From the human T2T-CHM13v2.0 reference genome, Homo sapiens, in NCBI RefSeq assembly GCF_009914755.1, contig NC_060947.1: 64,000 nt of DNA. One strand, 5' to 3'. The notes under the pieces are model-generated. The model had not been told where the DNA came from, did not search any database, and worked only from the letters and a program-made list of their open reading frames with translations. Position 1 is the first letter of the stretch; every line of letters starts with the position of its first letter. Shown in pieces: positions 33,130 to 47,085 of the stretch. The translations under genes were made by a program, and so were the position numbers.

Positions 33130-35176
33130 AAGTATGCATGTTCTAACCCAATGCAAAGAAGCTAAGAACAATGATAAAAGGTTACAGGAGCTGCTAACTA
33201 GAATAACCAGATTAGCGAGAGACATAAATGACCTTATGGAGCTGAAAAACACAGCACAGGAACTTTGTGATGCAAACACAAGTATCAACAGCTGAATCAA
33301 TTAAGTGGAAGAAAGAATATCAGAACTGAAAGACTATCTTGCTGAAATAAGGTGGGCAGGCAAGATTAGAGGAAAAAGAATGAAAAGGAATGAACAAAAC
33401 CTCTGAGAAATATGAGACTGTGTAAAAAGACCAAAGCTATGACTGATTGGAGTACCGAAAGAGATGGGGAGAATGGAAGCAAGTGGAAAACAACTTCAGG
33501 ATATCATCCAGGAGAACTTCCCCAACCTAGAAAGACAGGCCAACATTCAAATTCAGGAAATACAGAGAGCCCCAGTAAGATACTCCATGAGAGGATCAAC
33601 CCCAAGACACATAATCATCAGATTCAATGCTATTCCCATCAAACTACCATTGACATTCTTCATAGAGTTAGTAAAAACTACTTTAAAATTCATGCGGAAC
33701 CAAAAAAGAACCCTTATAGCCAAGACAATCCTAAGCAAAAAGCACAAAACTGGAGGTATCACACTACATGACTTATACTGCAAGGCTACAGTAACCAAAA
33801 CAGCATGGCACTGGTAGCAAAACAGACATTTAGACCAATGGAACAGAATAGAGATCTCAGAAATAAGACCACACATCTACATCCATCTGATTTTCAACAA
33901 ACCTGACAAAAAAACAATGGGGAAATGATTCCCTGTTTAATAAATGGTGCTGGGAAAACTGGCTAGACATATGCAGAAAACTGAAACTGGACCTTTTCCT
34001 TACATCTTATACAAAATTTAAATGATAATGAATTAAAGACTTAAATGTGAAACTCAAAACCATAAAAACCCTAGAAGGTAATCTATGCAATAGCATTCAA
34101 GACATAGGCATGGGCAAAGATTTTATGATAAAATCCTCAAAAGCAATTGCAACAAAAGCCAAAATTGACAAATGGGATCTAATTAAATTAAAGAGCTTCT
34201 GCACAGCAAAAGAAACTATCATCAGAGCAAACAGGCAGCCTACAGAATGGGAGAAAATATTTGCAATCTACCCATCTGACAAAGGTCTAATATCCAGAAT
34301 CTACAAGAAACTTAAAGAAATTTACAAGTAAAAACAACCCCATCAAAAAGCGGGGAAAAGACATGAACAGACACTTCTCAAAAGAAGACATTTATGTGGC
34401 CACAAACATATTTTAAAAAGCTCAACATCATTGATCATTAGAGAAATGCAAATCAAAACCACAATGAGATGCTACCTCACACCAGTCAGAGTGATGATTA
34501 TTAAAAAGTCAAGAAACAACAGATGCTGACAAGGCTGTGGAGAAATAGGAGTGTTTTTACACTGTTGGTGGGAATGTAAATTACTTCAACCATTGTGGAA
34601 GAGAGTATGGCAATTCCTCAACGATCTAGAACAAGAAATACCATTTGGTCCAGCCATCCTATTACTGGGTATATACCCACAGGAATTTATATTATTCTAT
34701 TATAAAGATACATGCACATGTATTTCATTACAGCACTAGTCACAATAGCAAAGACATGGAATCAACCCAAATGCCCATAAATGATAGACTGGATAAAGAA
34801 AATGTACACATACACCGTGGAATACTATGCAGCCATAAAAAGGAATGAGATCATGTCCTTTGCAGGGACATGGATGAAGCTGGAAGCCATCATCCTCAGC
34901 AAACTAACACAGGAACAGAAAACCAAACACTGCATGTTCTCACTCATAAGTAGGGGCGGAGCAATGAGAACACATAGACACAGGGAGGATAACAACACAC
35001 ACTGGGGCATGTCAGGGAGACAGGGGGAGGGAGAGCATCAGGATACATAGCTAATGCATGCAGGGCTTAATACCTAGGTGATGAGTTGATAGGTGCAGCA
35101 AATCATCACGACACATGTTTACCTATGTAACAAACCTGCATGTTCTGCACATGTATCCCAGAACATAAAATAAAAT
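33130..35176 (+). mobile_element. L1PA (about L1PA10-13) with internal deletion fusing ORF1 to ORF2
   Basis: ORF1 fragment 33137-33625, ORF2 3' part, 3'UTR gcatcaggatacatagctaatgcatg, A-rich tail; 63-bp flanking duplication. Confidence 0.88.
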
Positions 35177-36788
35177 AAAAATGCCATTGGAATTTTGATA
35201 GCGGTTGCGTTGAATCTGTAGATATCTCTGAGTAGTATAGAGGATGCATATTTTAACAATTTTTTTTCATTCGTGAACGTGGGATGTCTTTCCATTTATT
35301 TGTGTCTTTGAATGCTTTCATCAATTTTTATAGTTTTTAGTGCACAATCTTTCACATCATTGGTTAAATTTAATTCTAAGTATTTTATTCTTTTTGATGC
35401 TCCTGTAAATGGAATGGTTTTCTCAATTTCTTTTTCAGATAATTCATTGTTAGTGTATAGAAATGTTACTGGCTTTATTATTGGTTTTGTGTCTTAAAAC
35501 TTTACTGAATTTATAGTTCTAACAGTATTTTCATTAAGTCTTTTGGGTTTTTTATACATCAGATCATGTAATCTGCAAACAGAGACAATGTTATCTTCTT
35601 CCTTTTCAATTTGGATGTCTTTTATTTTTTTCTTTCCTGATTGTTTTGGTTAGGTCTTTCTGTGCTATGTTGAATACAAATGGCAAGAATGGACATCCTT
35701 AATTTGTTCTTCATATTAGAAAAAAAGCTTTCAGCTTTTCATTCTTGAGTATGATGTTTGCTGTTGGATTGTCATATCTGGCCTTTATTATGTTGAGGTG
35801 CTTTCTCTATTTAATATATTGATAGTCTTTATTATGAAAAGGGTGTTGAGTAGTGTGAAATGCTTTTTCTGCATTTATTGAAATGATCACATGATTTTTA
35901 TGCTTAAATTTTTAATGTGGTATATCATATTTATTGATCTGCATTTCTCAAACCATCATTGCATTCTAGGAATAAATTCCGCTTCATAATGGTGTATAAT
36001 CCTTTAAATCTGCTACTAAATTCAGCTTGCTAGTATCTTCTTGAGGACTTTTTATATTTATGTTCATTGGAGATATTGGCCTACCTGTTTTGTAGAATTA
36101 TTGTCTCTTTTTCATTTCAACCTAAAGCTGGCCTCATAAAATAAGTTCGTATGTGTTATTTTTAAACGTTTGGAAGCCATTAAGAAGCATTGGTATTAAT
36201 GCATCTTTAAATGTTTGGAAGAATTTACCAGCGAAGCCATCTGGTCCTGAGATTTTCATTATTTGGAGATTTTTGATTGCTGATTCAATCTCCTTATTCA
36301 ATATTGATCTATTCAGATTTTTGTATTTCTTAGTGATTTAGTATGGTGATATTTATATTTGTCTAGTAATTTATTTCTACTAGGTTTTCCAGTATGTCGG
36401 TGTATATTATCTATATTTCTATGGAATCAATTATGATTTCCCCTGTTTTATTTCTTATTTCACTTATTTGAGTCTTCTTTTTTCTTAATCTAGCTAAAGG
36501 CTTGCCAATTTTGTTTATCTTTTCAATGAAACCAACTCTTAATTTCATTGATATTTTCTATTGTTTTTCTAGTCACTAATTAATTTATTTCTGTTCTTAT
36601 CTTTATTCTCTTCATACTACTAACTTTGGACTCAGTTTGGTCTTTTTGTAGTTTCTCCAGTTACAAAGTTAAGTTTATTTGAGACATTTCTTTTCACATC
36701 AGCCTATATCATAATAAATGTCCCTTTAGAACTGTTTTTGCTGCATTCCATAGGTTTTGTATGTTGTATTTTCATTTTTGTTTTTCCC

Positions 36789-37057
36789 TTTTTTTTTTGA
36801 GACAGAGTTTCGCTCTGTCATTTGGGCTGGAGTGCAGTGGTGTCATCTCAGCTCACTGCAACCCATAACTCCCTGGTTCAAGTAATTTTCATGCCTCAGC
36901 CTCCTGGCTAGCTGGGACTACAGGTGTATGCCACCATGCCCAGCTAATTTTTGTATTTTTAGTAGAGACAGGTTTTCGCCATGTTGGTCAGTCTGGTCTC
37001 AAGATCCTGGCCTCAAGTGATCTGCCCGCCTTGGCCTCCCAAAATGCTAGGATTACA
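36789..37057 (-). mobile_element. Alu (older AluS/J), 5' ~20 nt missing
   Basis: Alu body ends at ...gctaggattaca without the ggccggg start. Confidence 0.9.
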
Positions 37058-37389
37058 TCAAAATATTTTTTTATTTCCATTTTGATTTCTTCCTTGACCC
37101 ATTGGTTGTTCAGGAGTGTGTTGTTTAAATTCCACGTTTGTAAATTTTCAAGCTTTCATCTTGGTATTGATATCTAGTTTTACATCATTGTGGTTGGAAT
37201 AAGGTATTTGATATAATTTCAATCATCTTAAGTTTGTTTTGACTTGTTTTGTGTCCTAACATATAATATGTCCTGGGTAATGTTCAATGTGTACTTGAGA
37301 AGAATGTGTACTCTGCTGCTGTTGCATGAAATGTTCTGTATATATCTCTTAGGTACATTTGTTCTAAAGGGTAGTGTAAGTCCAAAATA

Positions 37390-39405
37390 ATTTCTGATTT
37401 TTTTATTGGAGTCTTTTCTTCATTAGTCTAGTTAGTGTTTTATCAATTTTATTTATCCTTTCAAAGAAAAAAACTTACCATTTTGTTGATTGTTTGTATT
37501 GTTTTGTTCATCTGTATTTCATTTAGTTCTTCTCTGATCATTCTTTTCTTTTCTTTTTTTTTTTTTTGCTAATTTTGAGTTTGGTTTGTTCTTGGTAAGT
37601 TGTGTTTTCATTTTTGGTTTGTTCTTGCTTTTCTAATTCCTTGAAGTGCATTATCAGATTGTCAATTTGTAACTTTCTACTTTTTTGATGTATTTATTTA
37701 TTTATTTATTTTATTATTATTATACTTTAAGTTTTAGGGTACATGTGCACAATGTGCAGGTTAGTTACATATGTATTCATGTGCCATGCTGGTGTGCTGC
37801 ACCCATTAACTCATCATTTAGCATTAGGTATATCTCCTAATGCTATCCCTCCCCCCTTCCCCCACCCCACAACAGTCCCCAGAGTTTGATGTTCCCCTTC
37901 CTGTGTTCATGTGTTCTCATTGTTCAATTCCCACCTATGAGTGAGAACTGCGGTGTTTGGTTTTTTGTCCTTGCGATAGTTTACTGAGAATGATGATTTC
38001 CAATTTCATCCATGTCCCTACAAAGGACATGAACTCATCATTTTTTATGGCTGCGTAGTATTCCATGGTGTATATGTGCCACATTTTCTTAATCCAGTCT
38101 ATCATTGTTGGACATTTGGGTTGGTTCCAAGTCTTTGCTATTGTGAATAGTGCCACAATAAACATACGTGTGCATGTGTCTTTATAGCAGCATGATTTAT
38201 AGTCCTTTGGGTATATACCCAGTAATGGGATGGCTGGGTCAAATGGTATTTGTAGTTCTAGATCCCTGAGGAATCGCCACACTGACTTCCACAAGCGTTG
38301 AACTAGTTTACAGTCCCACCAACAGTGTAAAAGTGTTCCTATTTCTCCACATCCTCTCTAGCACCTGTTGTTTCCTGATTTTTTAATGATTGCCATTCTA
38401 ACTGGTGTGAGATGGTATCTCATTGTGGTTTTGATTTGCATTTCTCTGATGGCCAGTGATGGTGAGCATTTTTTCATGTGTTTTTTGGCTGCATAAATGT
38501 CTTCTTTTGAGAAGTGTCTGTTCATGTCCTTCGCCCACTTTCTGATGGGGTTGTTTGTTTTTTTCTTGTAAACTTCTCTATTAGCCTTGATATTGCTGTA
38601 TTCCACAGATTTGGTATGTTATATTTCCATTTTTATTACTTTCAATAATTTTTTAAATTTCTAGCTTAATTTTTTATTGACCCAGTGGTCATTCAGGAAC
38701 ATGTTTTTTAATATCTGTGTTTTTGTATAGTTTCTGAATTTCCTCTTGGTATTGATTTCTAGTTTTATTCCATTGAAAAGAAACTTGAAATAATTTTTAT
38801 TTTTAAAATATTTGTTGAGACTTGTTTTCTGGATTAACATGTTGTCTATCCTGGAATATGTTCCATGTGCTGGTGAAAAGAACGTATACACTGCAACATT
38901 GGTATTAAATGCAATGTTTCCTTACTAATTTTCTGTCTAGATGATCTGTCTCATGCTGAGAGTGGGGTGTGGAAGTCCCCCACTATTATTGTATTGGAAC
39001 CTATCTCTCTCTTTATATTTAGTAGTATTTGCCTTATGAATCTGGGTGCTCCAGAGTTGGGTGCATATATATTTAAATTGTTTCATCCTCTTGCTAAATT
39101 GATCCATTTATTACTATATAATGATCCTCTTTGTCTTAGTTTTTTTACTATACTTGACTTAAAGTCTATTTCATCTGATATGAGTATACCTATTCCTGTT
39201 TTCCTGTGGTTTCCATTCGCATAGAATTTTTGTTATCTTTTTACTTTCAGTCTATGAATATATCTTTGCAGATAAAGTGCATTTCTTGTAGTCAGAGTAT
39301 CATTGGATCATGTTTTCTTATCCATTCAACCAATATATATCTTTTAAGTGGAGAACTTAATCCATTCACATTCAGGGTTTATTATTGATGTGTTTGGTAT
39401 ATTAT
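37390..39405 (-). mobile_element. Old L1 ORF2 N-terminal region (separate element), interrupted by L1PA3
   Basis: Sequence jumps back to an ORF2 position already covered at ~36450; EN-domain-like ORF 38661-38891. Confidence 0.75.
37691..38572 (-). mobile_element. L1PA3-like, 5'-truncated (~0.9 kb)
   Basis: 3'UTR gctaaatgatgagttaatggg (GAG type); (TTTA)n tail; ORF2 C-terminus ORF 37935-38294. Confidence 0.9.
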
Positions 39406-40135
39406 TGATATGGTTTGGATTTGTGTCTTGCCCAAATCTCATGTCAAATTGTAATAACTAATGTTGGAGGGAGGAGCCTGGAGGGAGGTGATTGGATCAT
39501 GAGGGCAGATTTTCTTCTTGCTCTTCTCGTGATAGTGAGTGAGTTCTCTTGAGACCTGTGTCTTTTAAAGTATGTAGCAACTGCTGCTTTTCTTCCTTCC
39601 CTTCTGCTACAGCCATGTAGGATGTGCCGCTTCCCCTTTTCCATCCACCATGATTGTAAGTTTCCTGAGGCCTCCCTAGTCATGCTTCCTGTAGAGCCTG
39701 TTTAATTGTGAGCCAATTTTATAAATTACCCTATCCCAAATAGTTCTCTATAAGCAGTGCAAGAACAGCCTAAAACAGAAAGTTGGTACTGAGAGTGGGG
39801 TGTTCTTATAAAGATACCTGAAAAAGTGGAAGCAACTTTGGAACTGGGTAACAGGCAAAGCTAGGAAGAGTGTGAGGGGCTCGGAAGAAGACAGGAAGAT
39901 GAAGGAGAGTTTGGAACTTCCTAGAGACTTGTTAAATTGTTGTGACCAAAATGCTGATACTGCTATGGACAATGAAGTCTAGGCTGAGGAGGTCTCAGAT
40001 GGAGATGAGGAACTTATTGAGAACTGGAGTAAAGTCATTCTTGCTATGCTTTAGCAAAGAGACTGGAAGTATTGTGCACCTGCTCTAGAGATCTGTGGAA
40101 GTTTGAACCTGAGAGTAATGATTTAGAGTATCTGG
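39406..40135 (+). mobile_element. MSTA-like MaLR 5' LTR (39406-39777) plus truncated internal region
   Basis: tgatatggtttggatttgtgtc...cctaaaaca, then gaaagttggtactgagagtgggg..gatacctgaaaa..gaagcaactttggaactgggtaacaggc; no 3' LTR. Confidence 0.85.
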
Positions 40136-43100
40136 ACTTTCCCAGACAAATGAAAGCTGACGGATTTCATCAACATCAGATATGTCTTACAAGAAATGCT
40201 AAAAGGAGTATTTTAATTAGTATATAAAGGATGTTTATGAGCAATAAGTAATCATCTGAAGGTGCAAAAGTGACTTATAATAATAAGTACACAGAACAAC
40301 ACAGAATATTATAATGCTCTAACTGTGGTGTGTAAGTATCTTAAGTAGAAAGACTAAACTATAAACCAATAAAAAATAATAACTACAACAACTCTTCAAT
40401 ACATAGTATAATTAGATATAAATAGTCACAGGAAAATTTTTAAAATATGGGGGATGAAGTTAAGGCTTAAAAGTCTTTATTAGTCTTTTTTTTAGCTCGT
40501 TTGTCTTTGAAAACAATGCTAAGTTGTTATCAGCTTAAAATAATTGTTTGTAAGATACTACTTAAAGCCTCATGGTAATTTCAAATTAAAAAGCAGACAA
40601 TGGTGACACAGAAAATAAATAGCAAGAAACTAAATCATATCACCAGAAAAAATCACCTTCACTAAAAGGAAGAAAGGAAGGAAAGAATATGGAAGAGAAA
40701 ACAACAAAACAGCCAGAAAATGAATGATAAGATGGCAGGAGTAAATACTTACATATTAATAATAACATTGAATGTAAAAGGACTAAACTCTCCAAAAGAC
40801 GTATGGTGGTAGAATTTTATTTTATTTTATTTTATTTTTGCGATCTCGGCTCACTGCAAGCTCTGCCTCCCGGGTTCACGCCATTCTCCTGCCTCAGCCT
40901 CCCGAGTGGCTAGGACTACAGGTGCCCACCACCATGCCCGGCTAATTTTTTGTATTTTTAGTAGAGACGGGGTTTCACTGTGTTAGCCAGGTTGGTCTCG
41001 AACTCCTGACGTCGTGATCCGCCCGCCTCAGCCTCCCAAAGTGCTCGGATTACAGGTGTGAGCCACCGCGCCGGGCCCCAGAATTTTTTTAAAAAAGAAG
41101 ACCTATTAATTTATTGCCTACAAGATACTCACTTCACCTATAAAGACATACATAGACTGAAAATAAAGGGATCAAAATGGATCTTTCATCCCAATGGAAA
41201 CCAAATAAAAAAAAGAGTTTCTATACTTTTATCAGACAAAATCGATTTCAAGACAAAAACTATAAGAGACAAAAAAGATTAACATAAAATCAGAAAAGGT
41301 CAATTCAGCAAGAAGATAAGACAATTTTAAATATATGTGTACCCAACACTGGAGCACCCAGACATATAGAGCAAATATTATTACAGCTAAAGAGAGAGAT
41401 AGACTCCAATGTAACAAATAGCTGGAAACGTCAACACCCTACTTTCAGTGTTAGACAAATATTGTGAACAGTAAATTAAAAAGAAATACCACACTTAATT
41501 TGAACTGTAGACCAAGTGGACCTAATAGATATTTACAGAGTAGTTCATTTAAAAGTTGCTGCATAGACATTCTTTTTCTCAGAACATGGATTATTCTCGA
41601 GGATAGAACCTAGGTTTGGCCACAAAACAATTCTTAAAACATTCTAAAATATGGAAATAACATCAAGCATTTTCTGTGACCACAATGGAACAAAACAAGG
41701 AATCTATATCAAGAAGTTTAGAAACTGTACAAATACATGGAAATTAAACAATATATTCTTGAATGACCAGTGCTTCAATGAAGAAATAAAGAAGAAAATT
41801 GAAAAAATTTATTGAAACAAATTATAATGGAATCACAGCATACAAAAACCTGTTGTATTCAGCTGAAACAGTACACAGAGGGAAGCTTTTAGGTATAGAA
41901 ACCTACATCAAAAAAGAATAACATAAAATAAACAACCTAAGAATGCATCTTAAAGAACAAGAAAAGGAAAAGCAAAGCAAACCCAAAATTATTAGCAGAA
42001 AAAGAAGTAAGATCAGAGCAGACATAAATGTAATAAAAAAAATACAAATAATCAATGAAACAAAAAGCTGTTTTTTTTTGAAAAGTTAAATCAACAAACC
42101 TTTAGCCACACTAAGGAAAAAAAAGACCTAAATAAATAAAATCAGAGATGAAAAATGAAACATTACAACAGATATTGCTGAAATTCAAAGCACAATTAGT
42201 GGCTAACTACAAGTAACTATGTGCCAATAAATTGGAAAATCTAGAAGAAATGGACAAATTTCTAAACACTTAAAAACTACCAAGGCTAAACTATGAAGAA
42301 ATCCAAAACCCAAACAGACAAGTAATGAGATAAAAGCCATAATAAAGGTCTCCAATAAAGAAAAGCCCAGGAACCAATGGCTTCACTTCTGAATTGTACC
42401 GAACATTTAAAGAAGAACTATTACTAATTCTACTTAAAGTATTCTGAAAAATAGAGGAGGGAATCCTTCCAAACTCATTCTATGAGGCCAATATTACCCT
42501 GATACCAAAACCCGTTAAAGACAAAGAAAAGAAAGCTAGAGTACAATATCAATGATGAACACTGATTCAAAAATTTTCAGAAAACTATTCTCAAACCAAA
42601 TTCAACAAGTGGTATTTATCCCTGGGATGCAAAGATGGTTTGGTGTACACAAATTAATCAATGTGATATATCCTATCAACAAAATGAAGGACAAATCTGC
42701 ATGATCATTTCAATTGATTCTAAAAAGCATTTTATAAACTCAACATCCCTTTATGATAAAACCCTAAAAAACAGGGTATAGAAGGAACATACCTGAACAT
42801 AATAAGAACAACGTATGACAGACCCACAGCTAATATCATTTTGAGTAGGGAAGAACTGAAAACCTTTTCTCTAACATCTGGAAAATGACAAGAATGCTCA
42901 TTTTCACCACTGCTATTCAACATAACAGAAGTCCTATCTAGAGCAATAAAAGAAGAGAAATATATAGTAGGCATTCAAATTGGAAAGGAAGAAATCAAAT
43001 TATCCTTGTTTGCAAATAATGTGATCTTATATGTGGAAAAACCTAAAGACCTCACCAAAAAATGATTGGAAGTGATAAACAAATTCTGTAAAGTTGCAGG

Positions 43101-45080
43101 ACACAAAACGAACATACAAAACTTAGTAGTATTTCTATATGCTAACAATAAACAAACTGAAATGGAAATGAAAAAATGTAGTCCTACTTATAATGGCAAC
43201 AAATACAATTAAATACCTAGGAATTGACTTCATTAAAGAAGTGAAATATCTCTGTAATGAAAACTATAAAACACTGATGAAAGTAAAGCGGATACCAAAA
43301 ATTGGAAAGATATTTCATGTTCATGGATTGAAAGAATCAATATTGTTAAAATGTCCATATTACCCAAAGAAATCTACAGATTTAGCTCAATCCCTATTAA
43401 AATACCAATGTCATTCTTGACAGAAATAGAAAAGAACAGTCCTAAAATTAATATGGAACCGAGAATAGCCAAAGCTATTCTAAGCAAAAAGAACAAAACT
43501 GGAGGAATTACATTACCTGGCTTTAAATTATGCTACAGAGCTACAGTAACCAAAAGAGCATGGTACTGGATAAAACAGATACATAGACCAATGGAACAGA
43601 ATAGAGAACCCAGAAAGAAACCTACACACCTACAGTAAACCCAGTTTTGACAAAGGTGTAAAGAACATTTATCGCAGAAAGGACAGTCTCTTCATTAAAT
43701 GATGCTGAGAAAACTGGATATTCATATGCAGAAGAATGAAACTAGACCCCTGTCTCTCACCATGTACAAAAATCAAAATGAATTAAAGACTTAAATCTAA
43801 GGCCACAAACTATGAAACTACTACAAGAAAACATTATGGAAACTCTCCAGGACATTGGTCTAAACAATGATTTTTTGAGTACTATTCCACAAGCACAGGA
43901 AAGAAAAGCAAAAATGGACAAATGGGATTTTATCAAGTTAGAAAGCATCTGTACATCAAATGAAACAATCAGCAAAGAGAAGAGATAACCCACAGAATGA
44001 GATAAAACATTTGCAAACTACCCATCTGACAAGGGATTAATAACCAGAATATATAAGGAGCTCAAACAACTCTATAGAAATAAATCAGATAATTCAAATA
44101 ATGGGCAAGAGATTTGAATAGACATTTCTCTGAGAAGACATACAAATGGCCAACAAGCATATGAAAAGGTGCTCCATATCATTGGTTATCAGAGAAATGC
44201 AAATCAGAACTACAATGAGGTATCATCTCACTCCAGTTAAAATGGCTTATAGCCAAAATACAGACAATAATGAGTGCTGACGAGATGTGGAGAAAAGAGA
44301 ACTCTCATACACTGTTGGTGGTAATGTCAGGTAGTACAACCACTATGGAGAAAGGTTTGGAGGTTCCTCAAAAAACTAGGAATAGACCTACTATATGTCC
44401 AGCAATTCCACTGCTGGGTATGCACTCAAAGGAAAGGAACTCAATATATCTAAGAGATATCTGCACACCCATGTTTGTTGCTGCACTGTTCACAATAGAT
44501 ATGACTTAGAAGCAACCTAAGTGTCCATCAACAGATGAATGGATAAATACAATGTGGTACTTATATACAATGGAGTACAATTTAACTAGAAAAATGAATG
44601 AGGTTCAGTCATTTGCAACAGCATGGATGGAACTGGAGTTCATTATGTTAAGTGAAATCAGCCAGGCATAGAAAACAAACATTGCATGTTCTCACTTATT
44701 TGTGGTATCTAAAAATTGTAACAACTTGAAGCCATGGAGATAGAGCGTAGAAGGATGGTTACCAGATGCTGGGAAGAGTTGTGGGAGTGGGTTGGTGGGA
44801 GCTAGGGATGGTTAATTGGTACAAAAAAATAGCCTGAACAAAAAAGGCCTAATTTTAGATAGCACTACAGGGCAACTATAGTCAATACTAATTTAATTTT
44901 ACATTTAAAAATAACTAAAACAGTATAATTGGATTGTTTATAACACAAAGGATAAATGCTTGAGAGGATGGATACCCCATATTTCATGATGTGATTATTA
45001 CATATTACATATCTGTAAACATTTATAAATATTTACACTTCCTATGTACCTACAAAAATTAAAATAAAAAAATAAAATTA
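40136..45080 (+). mobile_element. L1MA1-3-like element from ORF1 end to 3' end
   Basis: Degenerate ORF2 throughout; 3' end ggatggatacccc...tatgtacctacaaaaattaaaa plus A tail. Confidence 0.88.
40819..41077 (-). mobile_element. AluY lacking the 3'-terminal ~40 nt of its body
   Basis: (TTTTA)n tail joined directly to gcgatctcggctcactgcaag; TSD agaatttt. Confidence 0.9.
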
Positions 45081-45082
45081 AA

Positions 45083-47085
45083 TCAGTATTTTGACTTCTT
45101 TATCTGAGATTTTTAAAATTTATTTTTGATTTTGATCCATTGCTAGAAAATTATTGTGTTCCATTGGAGGTGTAATATTTTCCTTGCTTGTTCACATTTC
45201 CTCTTGCCATACCTTTGTATCTGAGAATCTGGTGTGACAGTTGCTTCTTCTAATTTTTTGAATTTATTTTCATAAGAGAGGACTTTTTCCTGAAGATACA
45301 TATGTGTGTATATATATACACATATACATATATATATACATACATATGCATATATATATACACACACATACAAATATAAATATAGGTAGATATAAATATA
45401 GATATAGAAATAGATATAGATAGATAGGGTGCTTTGACTTTTGTTTGGGCTATATGTAGTAGTATAATATCTGTATGATTTTTTTGGCTATAAATAGCAT
45501 CAGTGTTATTTTTGATTTCCTCGGTGTCTTAGGGTGCAGTTATTAGTAAAGACTATGGTGAAGTTTAGGATGCCAGGTAGGGCAGTCTTTGGGCCCCAGT
45601 GGTTGCAAAGGTAGGCTGAATATGCCTGTTCTTAGATGAGAGGGTGGCTTATGACACTCATGTTAGTGGGTCCTGGCAGGATGAGTCTTGGTCTTCCATG
45701 TGACTTTCTTGGGTGCCAGTAGTTACAGTGATGGTCTTGGCATGTCGGTGGTTTCTGGGGTTTCTCCACAGCAGGTGTGATGTGGATGATTGCAGTAGTG
45801 GTCATGGAGCAACCCATTAGAATCCAAGGATTGTGTACTGGTTTTGGTGGTGGCCTTAGCAGGTTGGGTATGCTAGTACCCCTGTGTGCTGGTGGTAGGT
45901 TTGGGTGGATTCCAACTGTGGTGGTACCAGCATGTTGTCTCAACCCAAACTCAGACCTTGGCAAGAATGTTCAGTTGCCAACTGTGGTGGACTGGGCTGG
46001 GGAATCCCCAGGCCCCTGGACAGTGTGCCCAAGTAGTGGGGAAAGGGGACTGGGATGGCAGATCTGTCCTCAGGCCCCTTGGTAGTACATTCAGGCACTG
46101 GCTGTGATAGGCAGTGGCAGGGTGGTTTCTGGGTTGTTGATGGGATGCTCAGGTATATGTAGTAGTGGGTGTAGTGTGAGCTTGCCATTTGGGAGGGCAG
46201 GGCCACTCTCTGTGTGTGCAGGGTAGGCAGGTAGTTGTGGCAAGTATGGTTTTCTTGCACCTTGGTCTCATGGCAGCACACAGCAGTGCCAGTGGGATTT
46301 GTCCTCAAGGTGCACGAAAGTGCTCAGCCTCTCCTCTTTCTCCTTTGTTTGTTGGTAGCAGCAGCCGTGTTAGTCTCAGCCCTATGGCAGGATGTGGATC
46401 TTTGGAAGCTGGGCTCTCAGAATGGTACCAACTGTGTGAGTATCACTGGGGAGGGAAGGGTCACTCTTAGTGGGAGCACTATATATATGTAGTTGTGAGG
46501 AGTGCTGTTTGCTTTTGCTTCAGTCCCATATTGCAGTGGTGATGGGATTTGTCCTTGGGATGCATGAAGGTGCCTGGCCTTCTCTGTCCCCCAATGGCCT
46601 GGTTGCAGCAGTGGCAGCATCAGCTCTGGGGCAGAATGCAGTCCTTTGGGTGCTTGGCTCTCAGAATGGTGCCAAGCTGTAGTTTCTCAGGGTTCAGAAG
46701 CCTGTTGGCCTCAGTGTGAGTTCCCTCTCTACAGCAGTGCCTCTATATAATCCTTAGGCAGCTTTCTATGTTAGTCTTGTGGCCTCCTTAGGTCAAGGGG
46801 CCCTCTCATACCTTTGACTATACAAGTCCGTGATGGGAATGTGGAGCCCTGGGCAGCTGTCACTTAACTCTTACACCGCATCTAGGAGCTTCACTTGGCT
46901 CCAGCCATTCCCAGCCGAATAGAGTGCTTCACTTTTGTCTACTTCTTAGCCTTCAGTACTTCCTATCACTTCCCTGTTGAATCCCAGTTTTCTCTCTTAG
47001 ATGATATATTCAAAGTGTGAGTATCTCCTTTTGCTCCTTTCCATGAAAAAAGTGAATACTAGCTGCATATAGTCAGCCATTTTGT
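45083..47085 (-). mobile_element. Old L1 ORF1 N-terminus and 5' region
   Basis: Antisense ORF1-like sequence, GC-richer 5' region, terminus ...agtcagccattttg. Confidence 0.7.
45298..45427. repeat. (TA/CA/TAGA)n low-complexity repeat
   Basis: Directly visible. Confidence 0.9.

Noticed and set aside
45632-46682. Cluster of overlapping ORFs in GC-richer DNA
   Set aside because: Lies in an old L1 5' region; CpG-depleted and without protein-like signature.
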